A stretch of 63,345 nt of DNA, counting the filler, from Octopus bimaculoides (lineage: Eukaryota): the NCBI RefSeq assembly GCF_001194135.2. It is 9 parts of 8 records of this genome, joined end to end, with 100 filler letters (N's around TTAATTAATTAA, not from the genome) between each part and the next. Parts side by side here need not be neighbours in the genome. Positions count along the whole stretch, not along the records: positions 10,154 to 18,354 come from NC_068983.1; positions 18,455 to 22,949 come from NC_068981.1; positions 23,050 to 37,112 come from NC_068986.1; 6 more parts are not named here. One strand, written 5' to 3'. The position numbers and the translations under genes were made by a program. This document shows positions 12,947 through 25,619 of the stretch, piece after piece. The notes beneath the pieces are model-generated. The model searched no databases and was not told the DNA's origin. It worked only from the letters and a program-made list of their open reading frames with translations. Each line of letters starts with the position of its first letter. The first letter of the stretch is position 1.

Positions 12947-13174
12947 TATGTGTGTGTATATGTTTGTGTGTCTGTGTTTGTCTCCCCAACATCGCTTGAC
13001 AACCGATGCTGGTGTATTTACGTCCCCGTAACTTAGCGGTTCAGCAAAAGGAACCGATATAATAAGTACTAGGCTTTTTAAAGAATAAATCCTGGGGTCG
13101 ATTTTATCGACTAAAGGTGGTGCTCCAGCATGACCACAGTCAAATGAAACGAGTAAAAGAGTAAAAGAGTAAAG
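12730..13174 (+). mobile_element. SINE family A, full length, internal (TA)n, (GAGTAAAA)n tail
   Basis: A box TAGCTGTGTGA, B box GGTTCAGTCCC; aligns end to end with 38030-38569. Confidence 0.95.
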
Positions 13175-13239
13175 TTTCACCCAAGTTATTCTAATCAAAT
13201 CAATATAATTTGTATATCTTAAACGATCTTAAGAGGGCT

Positions 13240-14330
13240 TCCACACAATCAAAAAATATAGCAAAGCTTCTCGCCTCTCGCTTGAAAGAAATACACTTAT
13301 TTAAAGAAAATTCAACAGCGAGTTACTGTAGAAAGCAAAATTTTGTTTTAGTAGCATCTTTCTAAGTGGACGGTCCTCTTTCTTATTGTCATTCCATTAA
13401 TGGACGTTTTGCAAATTTATCTGAAAGGCATGTTGTAATTGAATGGTGACTTTTATAGATTCATCACAACGAAGTTTAAAAGCTATTTCGTCACATAATG
13501 GAAATTTAAAATCATGTATCCCCCATTGGTTACGCTGTGCGTTTAAAAGAATTTTGTATTCAAACGGAGATTCTTCTTGATGCAATCCAATACAATGACT
13601 CCCAATGGAATCTTTGTGGAGATCTTAAAGTAATTGCAGTGCTGGTGGGCATACAAGAGGAATTCGCTAAGCACTGCTGCTTTCTGTGTGTGCGACAGAC
13701 ACGTTTTAACGGAACGTTGTGATAGAAAGGAGTGGCCAGCCGAGTCTTCTTATATTGCTGGAAGAAATAACATTCAACCAGTTATTTTAGCTGATCCAAA
13801 CAAAATATTTTACCATTTCTTTACATCAAGGTTTAATGATGGTATGCGAAAACCATGGCTTAAAACAATTGAAATATATTTCGTTTTTTTTTTTTTTGTA
13901 GGAAATATTCTCAAAATTAAATAACTTTCTTCGGACTGCAAATCCGGCAGATATTAAGATATTAAACTTTTTGGAGAAACACTAACAAAGACAGAGCTAA
14001 AATTCTGTCGAGCTTTGAAATGGAACTGTGCTAACGTCTTAAGAAAAAAATTACTGGTCTCCTTGTTTCTTTTCAAAATAGAATTGAGTAACTGAAGGAG
14101 GATTTTCAAAGGTATGGTCTGTCGCATGTTCAGCATCTATATCTTCGTTTCTTTCCTGGAAATCTTTCTGTGGTGAATGATTAACAAAGGGATAGATATT
14201 TCACCGCGGTATTAAATCTATGAAAACCTATTAGCAAGAATTCCGATAAAATTATAATGGTAAAACACTGCTGGATGTTATATCGTAATGGTGCAAATCA
14301 CATTTAGAAGAAAAAGTAATAATTTTCACA
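13240..14330 (+). mobile_element. Decayed DNA transposase, Chapaev3 (CMC)-like
   Basis: FIDSSQRSLKA..HNGN, ILLDAIQY..WNLCGDLKVIAVLVG..CCFLC, KEWP and LRFFPGNLSVVND..HCWML follow the motif order of this family as I recall it; many frameshifts. Confidence 0.75.
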
Positions 14331-14714
14331 TTTTTTCATTGCGGGTATATATATCTGCTATATACATATATGAGTACATATATACAAATCCATGCAATAA
14401 GATTTATGTGAAAATTAAATATTCTCACTCGATATGTCTGTGCGTGTGCGCATGTGTGTGTATGTGCGTGTGCGTGCGCGTGCGCGTGCGCGTNNNNNNN
14501 NNNCGTGCGCGTGCGCGTGCGCGTGGTTATTATAAATAAGATCATATTACGAAGCAGGATTAAAAATTTGAAATTGAAATTAAGGAATTATCAGAAAACT
14601 GATGAACAAAAATCACATCTTTTTTCAGTTATCTTCTGAAAGTCCTTAAAATTTCTAATCGGTGGTAATTATGTATAGCATTATTTCATTCTTTTCAGAA
14701 ATCGTCAGCATGTA

Positions 14715-14920
14715 TGTATGTTTGAGTCTGTTCCCCTTACAGCTTTGCAGCCAGTATTGGTTTATGTACGTCCCCGTAACTTAGCAATTCAGCCAAAGAG
14801 ACCGATAGAATAAGTATCAGACTTTAAAATAAGAACAAGGGACGATGTGCTAGAATAAACTTTTCAAAGGAGTGCTCGAACATGGCCACAGTCCAGTGAC
14901 TGAAACAAGTAAAAGATAAG
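14715..14920 (+). mobile_element. SINE family A, 3' half
   Basis: CGTCCCCGTAACTTAGC..GACCGATAGAATAAGTA..GACTGAAACAAGTAAAAGA. Confidence 0.85.
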
Positions 14921-15961
14921 AGTTGTGAGTAAACAAAGTCAGTAGGTAGGAAAGGAAGATCTGAAACTCCTTCCAAAAATGTTTTATTGTAATCAATTGT
15001 TATAATCACACTATCGAGAGCGCAGAATTTTATTTTAAAATATCCACTTTTTCTATGAGGAAACAAAATTGGTGCAATGCCAAACTGTAGTTTTGCCGAC
15101 TTTATTAGTCTCAATCATTGAACTGGTTGTATATGTGTGTGTCTGTGTATATGTTACAGATTATCTTATGTTGTCCAGTTGGGGCAGTAATATGGAATCA
15201 TAGATCTGAAGTAGAGAGGGACTGTCACTGATAAGGTCGTGAACGGTGACGAAAGGACTTTGCTAAGCCTGAGTGATTGATTGTCCGAACAGTTAATCAA
15301 ACAACCAATTAGCCAATTGACAAATATAAATAAAGAAGTGAAACGGAACCAATGTGCGTGTTTATTATTAGCATAATGACCGTCCCGAGATACAATAGAA
15401 TACGCTTCAAGTCATGAGTTCACATCAAGAATTTTTCAGACTAAATATAAAAAATGAAACCTACCATCTTTTACAAGACTGTTGGTTACTATTTCGGGAT
15501 ATTTGGTTGCTATTTCTAGCAAATTGAGAGACCACGTAGAGGTTGTTTAGTAGGCTCGTTTGCAATGAGTTACTCTATATGACTGAATGGTGAGACTTAA
15601 ACTGGATTATATCACAAGCGGCTGATTTAATAAGATTGAAATGCCAGATGACTTATTGATTAAGCAACGAAAACTTCTGCTTTAAAATATCGATTTTACA
15701 TTAACATCGAATAAATCTCTCTTTATATAAAGTTATAGAAGCAATCAAATTTATAAAGATTCTTAATCATTGACTTGTGTTTCAATAATTGCCTGTTGTT
15801 TAAAACGTCTGACCCAAAGAGACAACGGATAAACCCCGACGTAATTACTTAGATCCACTTAAGTATGGCTTTAAATATTCCTCGATAACCTACTTTTGCA
15901 TAGTGGATTGTCAGAAACGGTTGAGCATAGGAATAAATGCCCACTAATATTTAATAATATT

Positions 15962-16170
15962 AAGGCAGAAAGCTGACAGAATCATTACTGTGTCGGACAA
16001 AATGTTCAGCAGCATTTCGTCCGCTTTTACGTTCTGAGTTAAAATTCCACTGAGATCAACTTTGCCTTTCATCCTTTCGGAGTCAATGAAATACGTACCA
16101 GTTGAGCACTGGGGGCGATGTAATCGACTTAACCATCTCCCGAAATTGCTAGATCAAATCCCACCGAGGA
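15962..16170 (+). mobile_element. SINE family C
   Basis: GTTCTGAGTTAAAATTCC..TTTGCCTTTCATCCTTTCGGAGTCAATGAAATACGTACCAGT. Confidence 0.8.
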
Positions 16171-16229
16171 TAATCTGGTATTTTATTATTTCGAAGTTAA
16201 TAAAAATTAACTGTCGGTTAATTACTGGT

Positions 16230-16760
16230 GTGAGACCAACTGTGACCCAGGTATGAAATGCTGAGGCTTTGTGACAAACAAGGTACATGACGACGACCAG
16301 GCCACAATCATCTGGGATATGCCTATTCAAACTGACAAAGAAATAAAAGCTAATCTCTGCAGACATAATAATCAAGGATTTGGAAAAAAAATCACTTGTT
16401 TATTAATGAACATTGCAGTCCCTTCTGATTAAAATATTGCCCAAAAAGAAGTGGAGAAATTGTCAAAGTACAAAGACCTCGAAATTGAAGTATTCGGGAT
16501 GTGGAGCATGAAGGTGAAAAACAATACCAATAATAATTGGAGCAATGGGTATGATAAAAATATATGGATAAAAACGTAGAAGCTATACATAGAGTATCAA
16601 CACGACACACTATCCAAAAAAATAGCTCTGCTAGAAACAGCCCACATCCTGCGCAAGACAAAATCAATTCAATAATACAACCCAAACAAAACAATACACA
16701 AATACAAAACACACTCTATACAGTAAATATCCAATAACATAAACAACCATTAACAGGCCG
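16230..16760 (+). mobile_element. R4/Dong-like LINE 3' end with restriction-like endonuclease (REL)
   Basis: IIWDMPIQTDKEIKAN/ADIIIKD..LMNIAVPSD..KEVEKLSKYKDLEIE..TIPIIIGAMG..IQKIALLETAHILRKTKSIQ*. Confidence 0.9.
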
Positions 16761-16789
16761 GATACTCAACAGAAAAACACAGTGACATC

Positions 16790-18200
16790 AAAGAAAAGAT
16801 AAGTACCAGCGGTGAGTGAGAAAAATATTCGCTTCAAAGCTGAAACATAATTTCGGCAATAAACTCGCGCGCAGTCGCAGTAGTTCGGTATGATGCTGGA
16901 ATCCTGAATTGGACAGAGGAGGAGCTAAAGGAGATGAACAGGAAGATAAGAAAGCTTCTAACGATGCATGGAGCCCATCATCCTCGTGCAGACAGTGGTC
17001 ACCTATACATGAAGACAGCAAGTGGAGGAAAGGGGCTGATAAGTGTGGAAGACTGCATACGTCTCGAATTCGGGAGCTTAACGAGATGCTTATCCCAAAA
17101 TAAAGAGACCTTGCTAGTGTCAGCTGGGAATAAGGGAGTACTGAAAGCAGAGTAAAGAGGAAAAACAAAGGAAGAAGTACAAAAAAAAAAGAAAAAAAAC
17201 ACGAAGAAGAATTACGCAAGAAGGAACTACACAATCGATTTCATGAAGTTGCTGGAAAACATAGGTGGGATTGGCTGAAGAAAGGAACACTGAAAAAAGA
17301 GACCGAGAGCACTATACTGGCAGCGCAAGACCAAACACTGGCCACATATTGGAGGGTCAACCTTAGGAATGAGCAAGTTTAGTACCACTGCGTGGCACCT
17401 TGGGCAAGTGTCTTCTACTATAGCCTCGGGCCGACCAAAGCCGCGTGAGTGGATTTGGTAGACGGAAAACTGAAAGAAGCCCGTCGTATATATGTATATG
17501 TATATATGTGTGTGTATATGTTTGTGTGTCTGTGTTTGTCCCTCCAGCATCGCTTAACAACCGATGCTGGTGTGTTTACGTCCCCGTAACTTAGCGGTTC
17601 GGCAAAACAGACCGATAGAATAAGTACTAGGCTTACAATGAATAAGTTCTAAGGTCGATTTGCTCGACTAAAGGCGGTGCTCCAGCATGGCCACAGTCAA
17701 ATGACTGAAACAAGTAAAAGAGTAAAAGAGTAAGTGTCTCCGCTGTGCTGAATCTGCATTAGAGTAGATGAAACCATTGCGCATATCACGAACGAATGCC
17801 CTACACTTGCCCACAACCACTACAAGTTGTGGCAACATGATCAGGTAGCGAAAATGCTACACTGGAAACTTTGCGAAAAGTGGGGGCTAGAGAGAAGCAA
17901 GAAGGAAGGCGAAATAGTCCAGCAATGGAAAATGAAGAAGGTGCCTATTATTGTTGGTTCCTTGCGGACAATATCAAAAGGCACCAAGAGGAATATAAAG
18001 GAAATCAGAATAGAGTGCCCAGTAGAACTCTTACAAAAGGTTTGCCTCCTTGGCACGGCCAGAATAATCAGGAAAGTATTAGACAGCTGAAAAGAGCAAA
18101 TAGCATGGTACTGTAGGCTGCAGGTAGTAAGCTCACTATGCATGTAAGACTCCAGGTGTTACAACAAAACCTGAGATAAAAAGAATAAATAATAATAATA
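16790..18200 (+). mobile_element. Second R4/Dong-like LINE fragment (RT C-terminus, CCHC knuckle, internally deleted REL), interrupted by a SINE
   Basis: MNRKIRKLLTMHGAHHPRADSGHLY..GGKGL, WLKKGTLKKETESTILAAQDQ, C*IC..ETIAHITNEC, HDQVAKMLHWKLC and QKVCLLGTARIIRKVL*; (AAT)n tail. Confidence 0.9.
17379..17727 (+). mobile_element. SINE family A, 5'-truncated, nested in the LINE
   Basis: Flanked by GAGCAAGT (17371-17378) and GAGTAAGT (17728-17735); removing it restores the RNEQVSPLC reading. Confidence 0.9.
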
Positions 18201-18454
18201 ATTTATTCTTTTATTGGCCACAAGAGCTCATACACAAAACATTAAAAGACATGCAACAACATAAAAGACAAAAACGGGACGATACAATGGGTTTTCGCGT
18301 GTATATAATGTAATAACAAAAAAGTGGAACAAACTAAATCCCAATAGAGGAGGCNNNNNNNNNNNNNNNNNNNNNNNNNNNNNNNNNNNNNNNNNNNNTT
18401 AATTAATTAANNNNNNNNNNNNNNNNNNNNNNNNNNNNNNNNNNNNNNNNNNNN

Positions 18455-18496
<42 letters not shown>

Positions 18497-18499
18497 CAC

Positions 18500-19424
18500 A
18501 ATTTTCATAGTTTAATTTTTCCACCTCACCCTCCCATCACCTACCACCTTTCAAAAACCGAAAAGTTTCCAGTCTTTCACTTTTGGCTGATGTTTCCTGC
18601 ATGCGTAGAATTCTACTGAAATAGTAGACTTAAAGAATACCAGACCACCGCCAGAAAACCCGGCATGCTAGAAACAACAGGTAAGCGACATTATTTCTGA
18701 AGAAACTTGCCCGTTTTCCAAAAAGCTAAAAGTAAAACATTGGGAGTGTGTAGCTTTTTGAAAGTGGTGAGGTGATGGGTAAAATTCTTAAAGATTCGTA
18801 TTCTGTTTTTTCTCTCCATGGACTACCAAGAATAAAAGTTTGAGAAAGTAAAACGCTTGGTGTGGAGAGAAATTAAAATATTTGGTGTGGGAGAAAATTA
18901 AAATATTGAGAACATATTTTGTGGGTGAAATCCTAATCTATATCCAAACACAAAAATCGGAATAAATTTAGGAAAAAAAAAGGTAAGGGTGAGGACAGAA
19001 ATGTCACCTCGGACATGCTAGAAAGAAGCGATAAAGGACAGGATTTCTGAGAAAACTTCCTTTTAAGTGTATATCATCACAAACACAAATTACGCAATAG
19101 AAAAAGATAAGTTTAATTGGATTTGAGCTGTAAATTTGTTCGTGCACACTGTAAGAAATCACATAATTCGCACAGAAGTTTTGCCAAGCGTGTGTGTATG
19201 TGTGTCAAAGGAAGTTATTTTATGGCATTCTTTCGTTTGAAGAAGCAAAGTTGTCAACTCGACACATATGGGATCATATGATTGTTGGTTAATTTCCGTA
19301 AAATTGTTTTAATTTCTGTATGCTTTGAAGAGAGCAGAAACTGAAAGAGAGGATAAAGTGAAAAAACGACATTTGCTTTGAAGTGAGAGGAGAAAGTGTA
19401 AGATGTACGTGTGTGTTATAGAGA

Positions 19425-19458
<34 letters not shown>

Positions 19459-19698
19459 AAGATAGACTGAGTGAGTGAAGGTGTGTGTTGTGATGTATGA
19501 ATTTTTTGCATGTATGTGTAAGTGGCACTCATTTGCTCTCTCACACGCACACATTATCTTTCATATGCACATACATAACGGAGGTAAAGAATACGCACAC
19601 CACCCATTTTCGGCCTAACTCTAACCCTAACCATAAATACCGGGAGTGCGCATTCTCTACCTTCGCTCATAAATACATATGCATACATTTTTTTGTGC

Positions 19699-19729
<31 letters not shown>

Positions 19730-19900
19730 GCATTTCCTTATAACATATAGAGAAATGGATGTCTATTAATGCAAAGTTTTGGGTTGTAGCTTATTTTAAT
19801 ACAATATTTATGTGTACATTTTCATAAAAGTTTGTTTGAGTAGAATTCTACGCATGTATGAGCATTGGACGAAAGTGAAACATTGGAAACAAGTCGAAAT
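18500..19900. repeat. Unclassified element with nested inverted repeats
   Basis: GCATGCGTAGAATTCTACT (~18600) is inverted at ~19840; 18533-18557 is inverted at 18755-18779. Confidence 0.6.
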
Positions 19901-20493
19901 ATTGTCCAAATATGACCTCAAAATTGTGCAACCCAACCTAGTTTCTGAGGTTATTTTAGTTGTAAAAAAGAGTTGAGTCAAAAACAGTTTATTTGGTAGA
20001 TAGATAATAAGAAGCTTTTTTTTATTATTATAATACAGATGTAACTAATTCGGAGAAACATTACTTTCATTATTCATACATCGTCACTCTCATAGTACAA
20101 CACTTCGTAATTTTGGTTCAAATTGAAAGTGTGAAACTATTTTCATTTTCTAACGAAACCTGGTCGTTGTAGAGAAGTGTATTTGAAATAACTATAGCTG
20201 GTTGTTGAGATATCATAGAAAATATGTAAATGAAAATAAAGTTTATTTGACATGTGTAATTCATTTGATTGTTCTGGTCTTAACATCAGTTGGTAAGAAT
20301 AGAAGTCATTTGAGGACACCTTTTAGTTTGCAGGTTCAATCGTGGAATATTGAAATGATACCTATCTTGTCCATTAGGACCGCAGAAACACACACACACT
20401 CACTCAAAGAATTGATAATATTGAAAACAGCAAAATGTACACATACGAAGTTCAAGCGAAACGAAATCTATAAAAAAAAACAAAAAAATGGTT

Positions 20494-20720
20494 AGTCACC
20501 AATTTAGCAAAAATTACTAGGAGGAATTTCAACCATGTTTCGTGGTCCGCCACCACAACAGCTCCCCTATAGGATCCAGTTAGCTCAAGACATCATAAGG
20601 AGGAACCACGTCCGGTTTCGGCCCATACGCCTCTACTAAATGTAGTCAATATAGGTGCAAAACATACTGTCGGTAGAATAATCATGCTATAAAAAATAGA
20701 AAGTCACCAATTTAGCAAAA
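20494..20720. mobile_element. 189-bp insert flanked by a perfect 19-bp direct repeat (probable TSD)
   Basis: AGTCACCAATTTAGCAAAA at 20494-20512 and 20702-20720. Confidence 0.75.
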
Positions 20721-21119
20721 TTTAGTATGTGTCATCAATGTAACAAAGTACAGAAAGTCAACTTTTATTTGGAACATGCACTAAATGTTATAAAATTCCC
20801 GATTGAATATCACGGTGAAGAAAGTGAAAGCCCAAGAAAATTCAGAAGGCTTAATTCAATTTTTTATACAAAAATAATTTATTTTACAATTTTGAAACGA
20901 ACGCTGAACCAAGTGTATAGAAAGGAAGATGGTGTTGTTGTGAACGTTAATTTAAAATATTTACTGAAGGATAAATGTAGCAAGATATAAATTAATTTGA
21001 CATTACTATATATTTTTTAACTGTGTGACGTTATAGGCTATAGAATAAATACTGACCAACGCAATGAAAAGGTTGCGCGATGTTGATACTCACAGTGATG
21101 CAGAAGCTTAGAAGGACTG

Positions 21120-21480
21120 TTAAAAATCATGTTGAAACTGGTTAGAAGAAGGAGTGGAATAACGTTTCTATAATTATATTGAAAGAGCCGTTGCAGCTTT
21201 CTACTTCGCCAAGTTTCCGAATTTGTTATAATAACCAAGATAACAATTTTTTCCAGATATATTTGCGAGTATTGTGAGTGGTGTTAAATCAGCCAAATCT
21301 TCATGTTGCTAGTGTATTGAACTGGGAAAGCTTGGTCTGCAATGTTTGCAGCCGTCTATGTTTGTCATGAGCAGGACTCGTTAGTCACCAGCGGAGCCGC
21401 AAATATAAAGTATAAGATAGTGTTGAACGCACAATATTCCTAAAGGTCAGTAATTGTCACGAGTGGACGGCCATCACACA
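21120..21480 (-). mobile_element. Possible Jockey/I-like RT C-terminal relic
   Basis: TFRNIVRSTLSY..RRLQTLQTKL weakly resembles the YKSxVRPxLEY..LQxxQ motif. Confidence 0.35.
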
Positions 21481-21681
21481 CACACACATACATGTATGTA
21501 TGTATATATGTATGTATGTATGTATGTATGCATGTATGCATAGTAGGCTTCTTTCTGTTTACCACATCGGTTCAGAAAGCTTTGTTCGGCTTCAAGCAAA
21601 ACTAGAAGACGCGAGCCAAAACATCACTGAACGTCTGCGCCTATCATATATATACACATACATACATACATGCATACATAC

Positions 21682-21735
<54 letters not shown>

Positions 21736-22810
21736 NNNNNNNNNNNNNNNNNNNNNNNNNNNNNNNNNNNNNNNNNNNNNNNNNNNNNNNNNNNNNNNNN
21801 NNNNNNNNNNNNNNNNNNNNNNNNNNNNNNNNNNNNNNNNNNNNNNNNNNNNNNNNNNNNNNNNNNNNNNNNNNNNNNNNNNNNNNNNTATATAGTGTGT
21901 GTGCAATGGCTAAATTGTGGGCATTTATATTTTTAATTCCACGGATGCACATTGTTTGCTTTTGATTTTGCCGACTACACAGTATAGTAGGGTCAGTTGG
22001 CCACCGTCTGTGAGAAAAACAGCACCATAACGCAATTCACTCTGCCAGAAATTTGAAAACGACATGCTTTGCATTCGTAGTTGTACTGCACCACTTGGAG
22101 AAACTAATCTGAGATACAGAAATTCTATCGAGTAATTACATAACATAGTAAAATTTACTATATAAAATGATATTTGAAATCATTATCGTTGTTTATTGCA
22201 ATCCAAAAGAAAAGAAACGTTGCTATTACAGATGTGAACAGTTATAGTATGATTAGAACCGGCGTATGCTTAAAGTGAATTTGTCTTTGCACAACAGTGA
22301 CCAGACGAAAATGTATAATTCTGTTAAAATTAGAGAAAGCAGGTGAAAAAGCATATATCGCAGCTTAGATGAATGTGTATCAATAAGATCTACAATAACA
22401 CTTACTGGACTGGGTCATGATAGTAGGGAAATTCTATAAGTTATTAAATAGTACTACGCAAAATCCGGACTCACTTACACAATCAGATGAAAGCTTTTAC
22501 ATATCGTTTGTAACTGGAAATTCCATAAGCCGGTTCCAGCTTTATATAAGGCACAAAATTCAAGACAGTCGATATTATTTAGAAGCACATCATATTAAGA
22601 AAGGAATTAAATATCTTGCTGCCTTAGTGCTTTACTTACTTACAGTCGTACTGCTTTCATCTTGCTTTCTATTTCAAAGAGAACAAATACTACAGTTAAA
22701 ATAACGAAGGTAAGTCGACTTTATGTTATCGAGCGCATTTCTGCATGTTACACCTTAACTATTTGAGTTTTCTGTTTGATGTAAAGCTTCAGAATTTGTC
22801 TACAATCAAA

Positions 22811-22879
<69 letters not shown>

Positions 22880-23049
22880 ATCTATCTATCTATCCATCCA
22901 TCTATCTATCTATCTATCTGCAGTCGTGGATCAAGAAGAGGCCGAGGAANNNNNNNNNNNNNNNNNNNNNNNNNNNNNNNNNNNNNNNNNNNNTTAATTA
23001 ATTAANNNNNNNNNNNNNNNNNNNNNNNNNNNNNNNNNNNNNNNNNNNN

Positions 23050-23097
<48 letters not shown>

Positions 23098-23104
23098 GTG
23101 TGTA

Positions 23105-23443
23105 AGAAACACCCTTTTCAGTCATGAATAACCATGTGATTACATTTAGAAAGTTCCCCTCTGAGGCACCAGTCCGGACAAAGTTGTTTATGGAGAACCA
23201 GCTGTCGCCTATGCACATGAGCTTCCCCTCTCCTTTCCACCGATGCTGTCCAAGGGAAAGGCAAAAGCCGACACAGCTTGGCACCAGTGACGTCGAAACT
23301 CATTTCTACAGCTGAGTGAATTGGAGGAACGTGAAATAGAGTGTCTTGTTCAAGAACACAACCCACAGCTCGGTCCGGGAATCGAACTCACAACGTCATG
23401 ATTGTAATTCCGCCGCACTAACCACTGAGACATGAACCTTCAC
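23105..23443 (-). mobile_element. SINE with family D head and body but a different tail
   Basis: Reverse complement has a tRNA-like head (GAGTTCGATTCCC) and CAATTCACTCAGCTGTAGAAATGAGT; the tail does not match 43469-43768. Confidence 0.75.
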
Positions 23444-23449
23444 CATATA

Positions 23450-23740
23450 TGTATATTTAACATTTTATCAATCTAGCCTTCCCTCAGTCTATACATCTGT
23501 CATCTTACTCGATCATTATTCACGTTAATCCTAAATATCTATCCTCTATTTCTATTACGTACACTTCATCTATCCTCTATTTCTATTACGTACACTTCAT
23601 TGATGATGAATTTTAATAACACTGAAACATGTACGGCATTATTTTTATAACCTATACGATTATCCTCACACCTCAGCAAATTCCATTGTTTCTATTAAAG
23701 TTTATTTTTCACCGGAATGTTTATACGGCTATGTATTTCT
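23450..23740 (+). repeat. Probable Penelope-like terminal-repeat remnant with a 31-bp tandem duplication
   Basis: CTATCCTCTATTTCTATTACGTACACTTCAT twice, followed by TGATGA..GAAACATGTA. Confidence 0.4.
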
Positions 23741-24113
23741 TTCATATACATACATATATATATATATGTGTATATATATGTGTGTGTGTGTGTGTGTAGT
23801 GAGAGAGAGGGAGAGAGGGTGATTATATACGCTTATGTATAGTTTACATTTTTACATGTACATGTATATATATATGTATGATATATATATGTGAATATAT
23901 ATATATATATATATANNNNNNNNNNNNNNNNNNNNNNNNNNNNNNNNNNNNNNNNNNNNNNNNNNNNNNNNNNNNNNNNNNNNNNNNNNNNNNNNNNNNN
24001 NNNNNNNNNNNNNNNNNNNNNNNNNNNNNNNNNNNNNNNNNNNNNNNNNNNNNNNNNNNNNNNNNNNNNNNNNNNNNNNNNNNNNNNNNNNNNNNNNNNN
24101 NNNNNNNNNNNNN

Positions 24114-24150
<37 letters not shown>

Positions 24151-24407
24151 AATATATGTATAATATATGTATAATATGTATAATATATATATAATATTTA
24201 TATATAATATATATATGCATGTGAATATATATACATATATATGTATACATACATATATATATGTGTATACCCCACCATATATATATATATATAGATATAT
24301 ATATACACATACATACACATAAGTATATATTATATATCTATAAATATAACCGTGTGAGTGTGTCAATAAACGCGAGCGTGTGTGTGTGCGTGAGTGTGTG
24401 TGTGTGC

Positions 24408-24454
<47 letters not shown>

Positions 24455-24490
24455 TGTGTGTGTGTTTAGTGCAATGTAGGTATATATATA

Positions 24491-25031
24491 CCGGTGCAGT
24501 AAAAAAAAAATGGTCGCATTTAAAAAGAGAATAACCGAAAAGTGGTAGTTAATAAATCATCGGCATGGCATAAATTCTACGTATTTGATACAGAGATGTT
24601 ACAACACGTCATGAATTGCCAGGTGTGGTTCTCATCAAAGTTCGTTCACAAATACTAATATATCCTATCAATAATCAATGTAGCATGCATTCTCTACGCA
24701 TATAAATATCATTATAACATGTACTGTGTATAAACTGTTACGATGAAACATCAACAACAAATGTTATTGGATACATTTTCACTACATATATTTCGTATGG
24801 TTAATATACATGAGTACCGTATAAAACATATTTACAGTTTTCATGTAATAAAAGATACATATTTACCTATACACACTTATATGATTTACATTACAAGCAT
24901 TGCACATATACAATGTACGGTGCAGATTTCCCTTCGTTGATTCGTTTTGTAAACATAGTTGGAATGTCATACATTTACTGCGGATATGTAGTTTCGTGTT
25001 AAATTGAACAGATATTTTTTTACTGCAGCGC
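24491..25031. mobile_element. Probable Tc1-like MITE
   Basis: TGCAGTAAAAAA near the left end is inverted as TTTTTTACTGCA near the right end; left flank TA. Confidence 0.45.
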
Positions 25032-25097
25032 TTTTTATACCCGCCAATCAAATTTCCATACCCAACATGCCTTAATGTGCTAAATGTCAAATTATTC

Positions 25098-25164
<67 letters not shown>

Positions 25165-25439
25165 CTTCTAGTATAAGGATAAAATTTTATTAAAAAGTTT
25201 TATCAGTAGTGGCAAGCATATGAAAAATACCTTTTAAAGTGAAAATTATAAATACAATTATAAATAAGGGCAAAAAGAAAAAAAGTATTCTTCGCCAATA
25301 TTCTAAAACATACACGGTAAATCGTCTAATCACATAAAATATTTTCACTTATATTATTGCACCACGAAACGAAAGGAGCATATTTTTCAGCATATTGGCA
25401 AAGAAAGATTTTTTTTCTTTTTGCTCGTATTTATAATTG

Positions 25440-25473
<34 letters not shown>

Positions 25474-25475
25474 TG

Positions 25476-25521
<46 letters not shown>

Positions 25522-25523
25522 GA

Positions 25524-25554
<31 letters not shown>

Positions 25555-25563
25555 ATCTATCTA

Positions 25564-25619
<56 letters not shown>

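Noticed and set aside
15225-15285. Hammerhead-like CTGATAAG-GTC..GAC-GAAA
   Set aside because: The core has an extra base and G8 is missing, and no valid NUH site or stem I follows.
15300-15360. Promoter (CCAAT x3 plus TATAAATA)
   Set aside because: Such motifs are common in AT-rich DNA, the site overlaps a MITE-like fragment, and there is no downstream gene evidence.
21925-22146. Minus-strand ORF with an acceptor at 22108
   Set aside because: No recognisable homology, and its likely donor phase is incompatible with the next candidate exon.
22646-22709. Plus-strand 64-nt exon candidate (TTACAG..AAG|GTAAGT)
   Set aside because: Good splice signals but isolated, with no compatible partner exon or recognisable peptide; not excluded.
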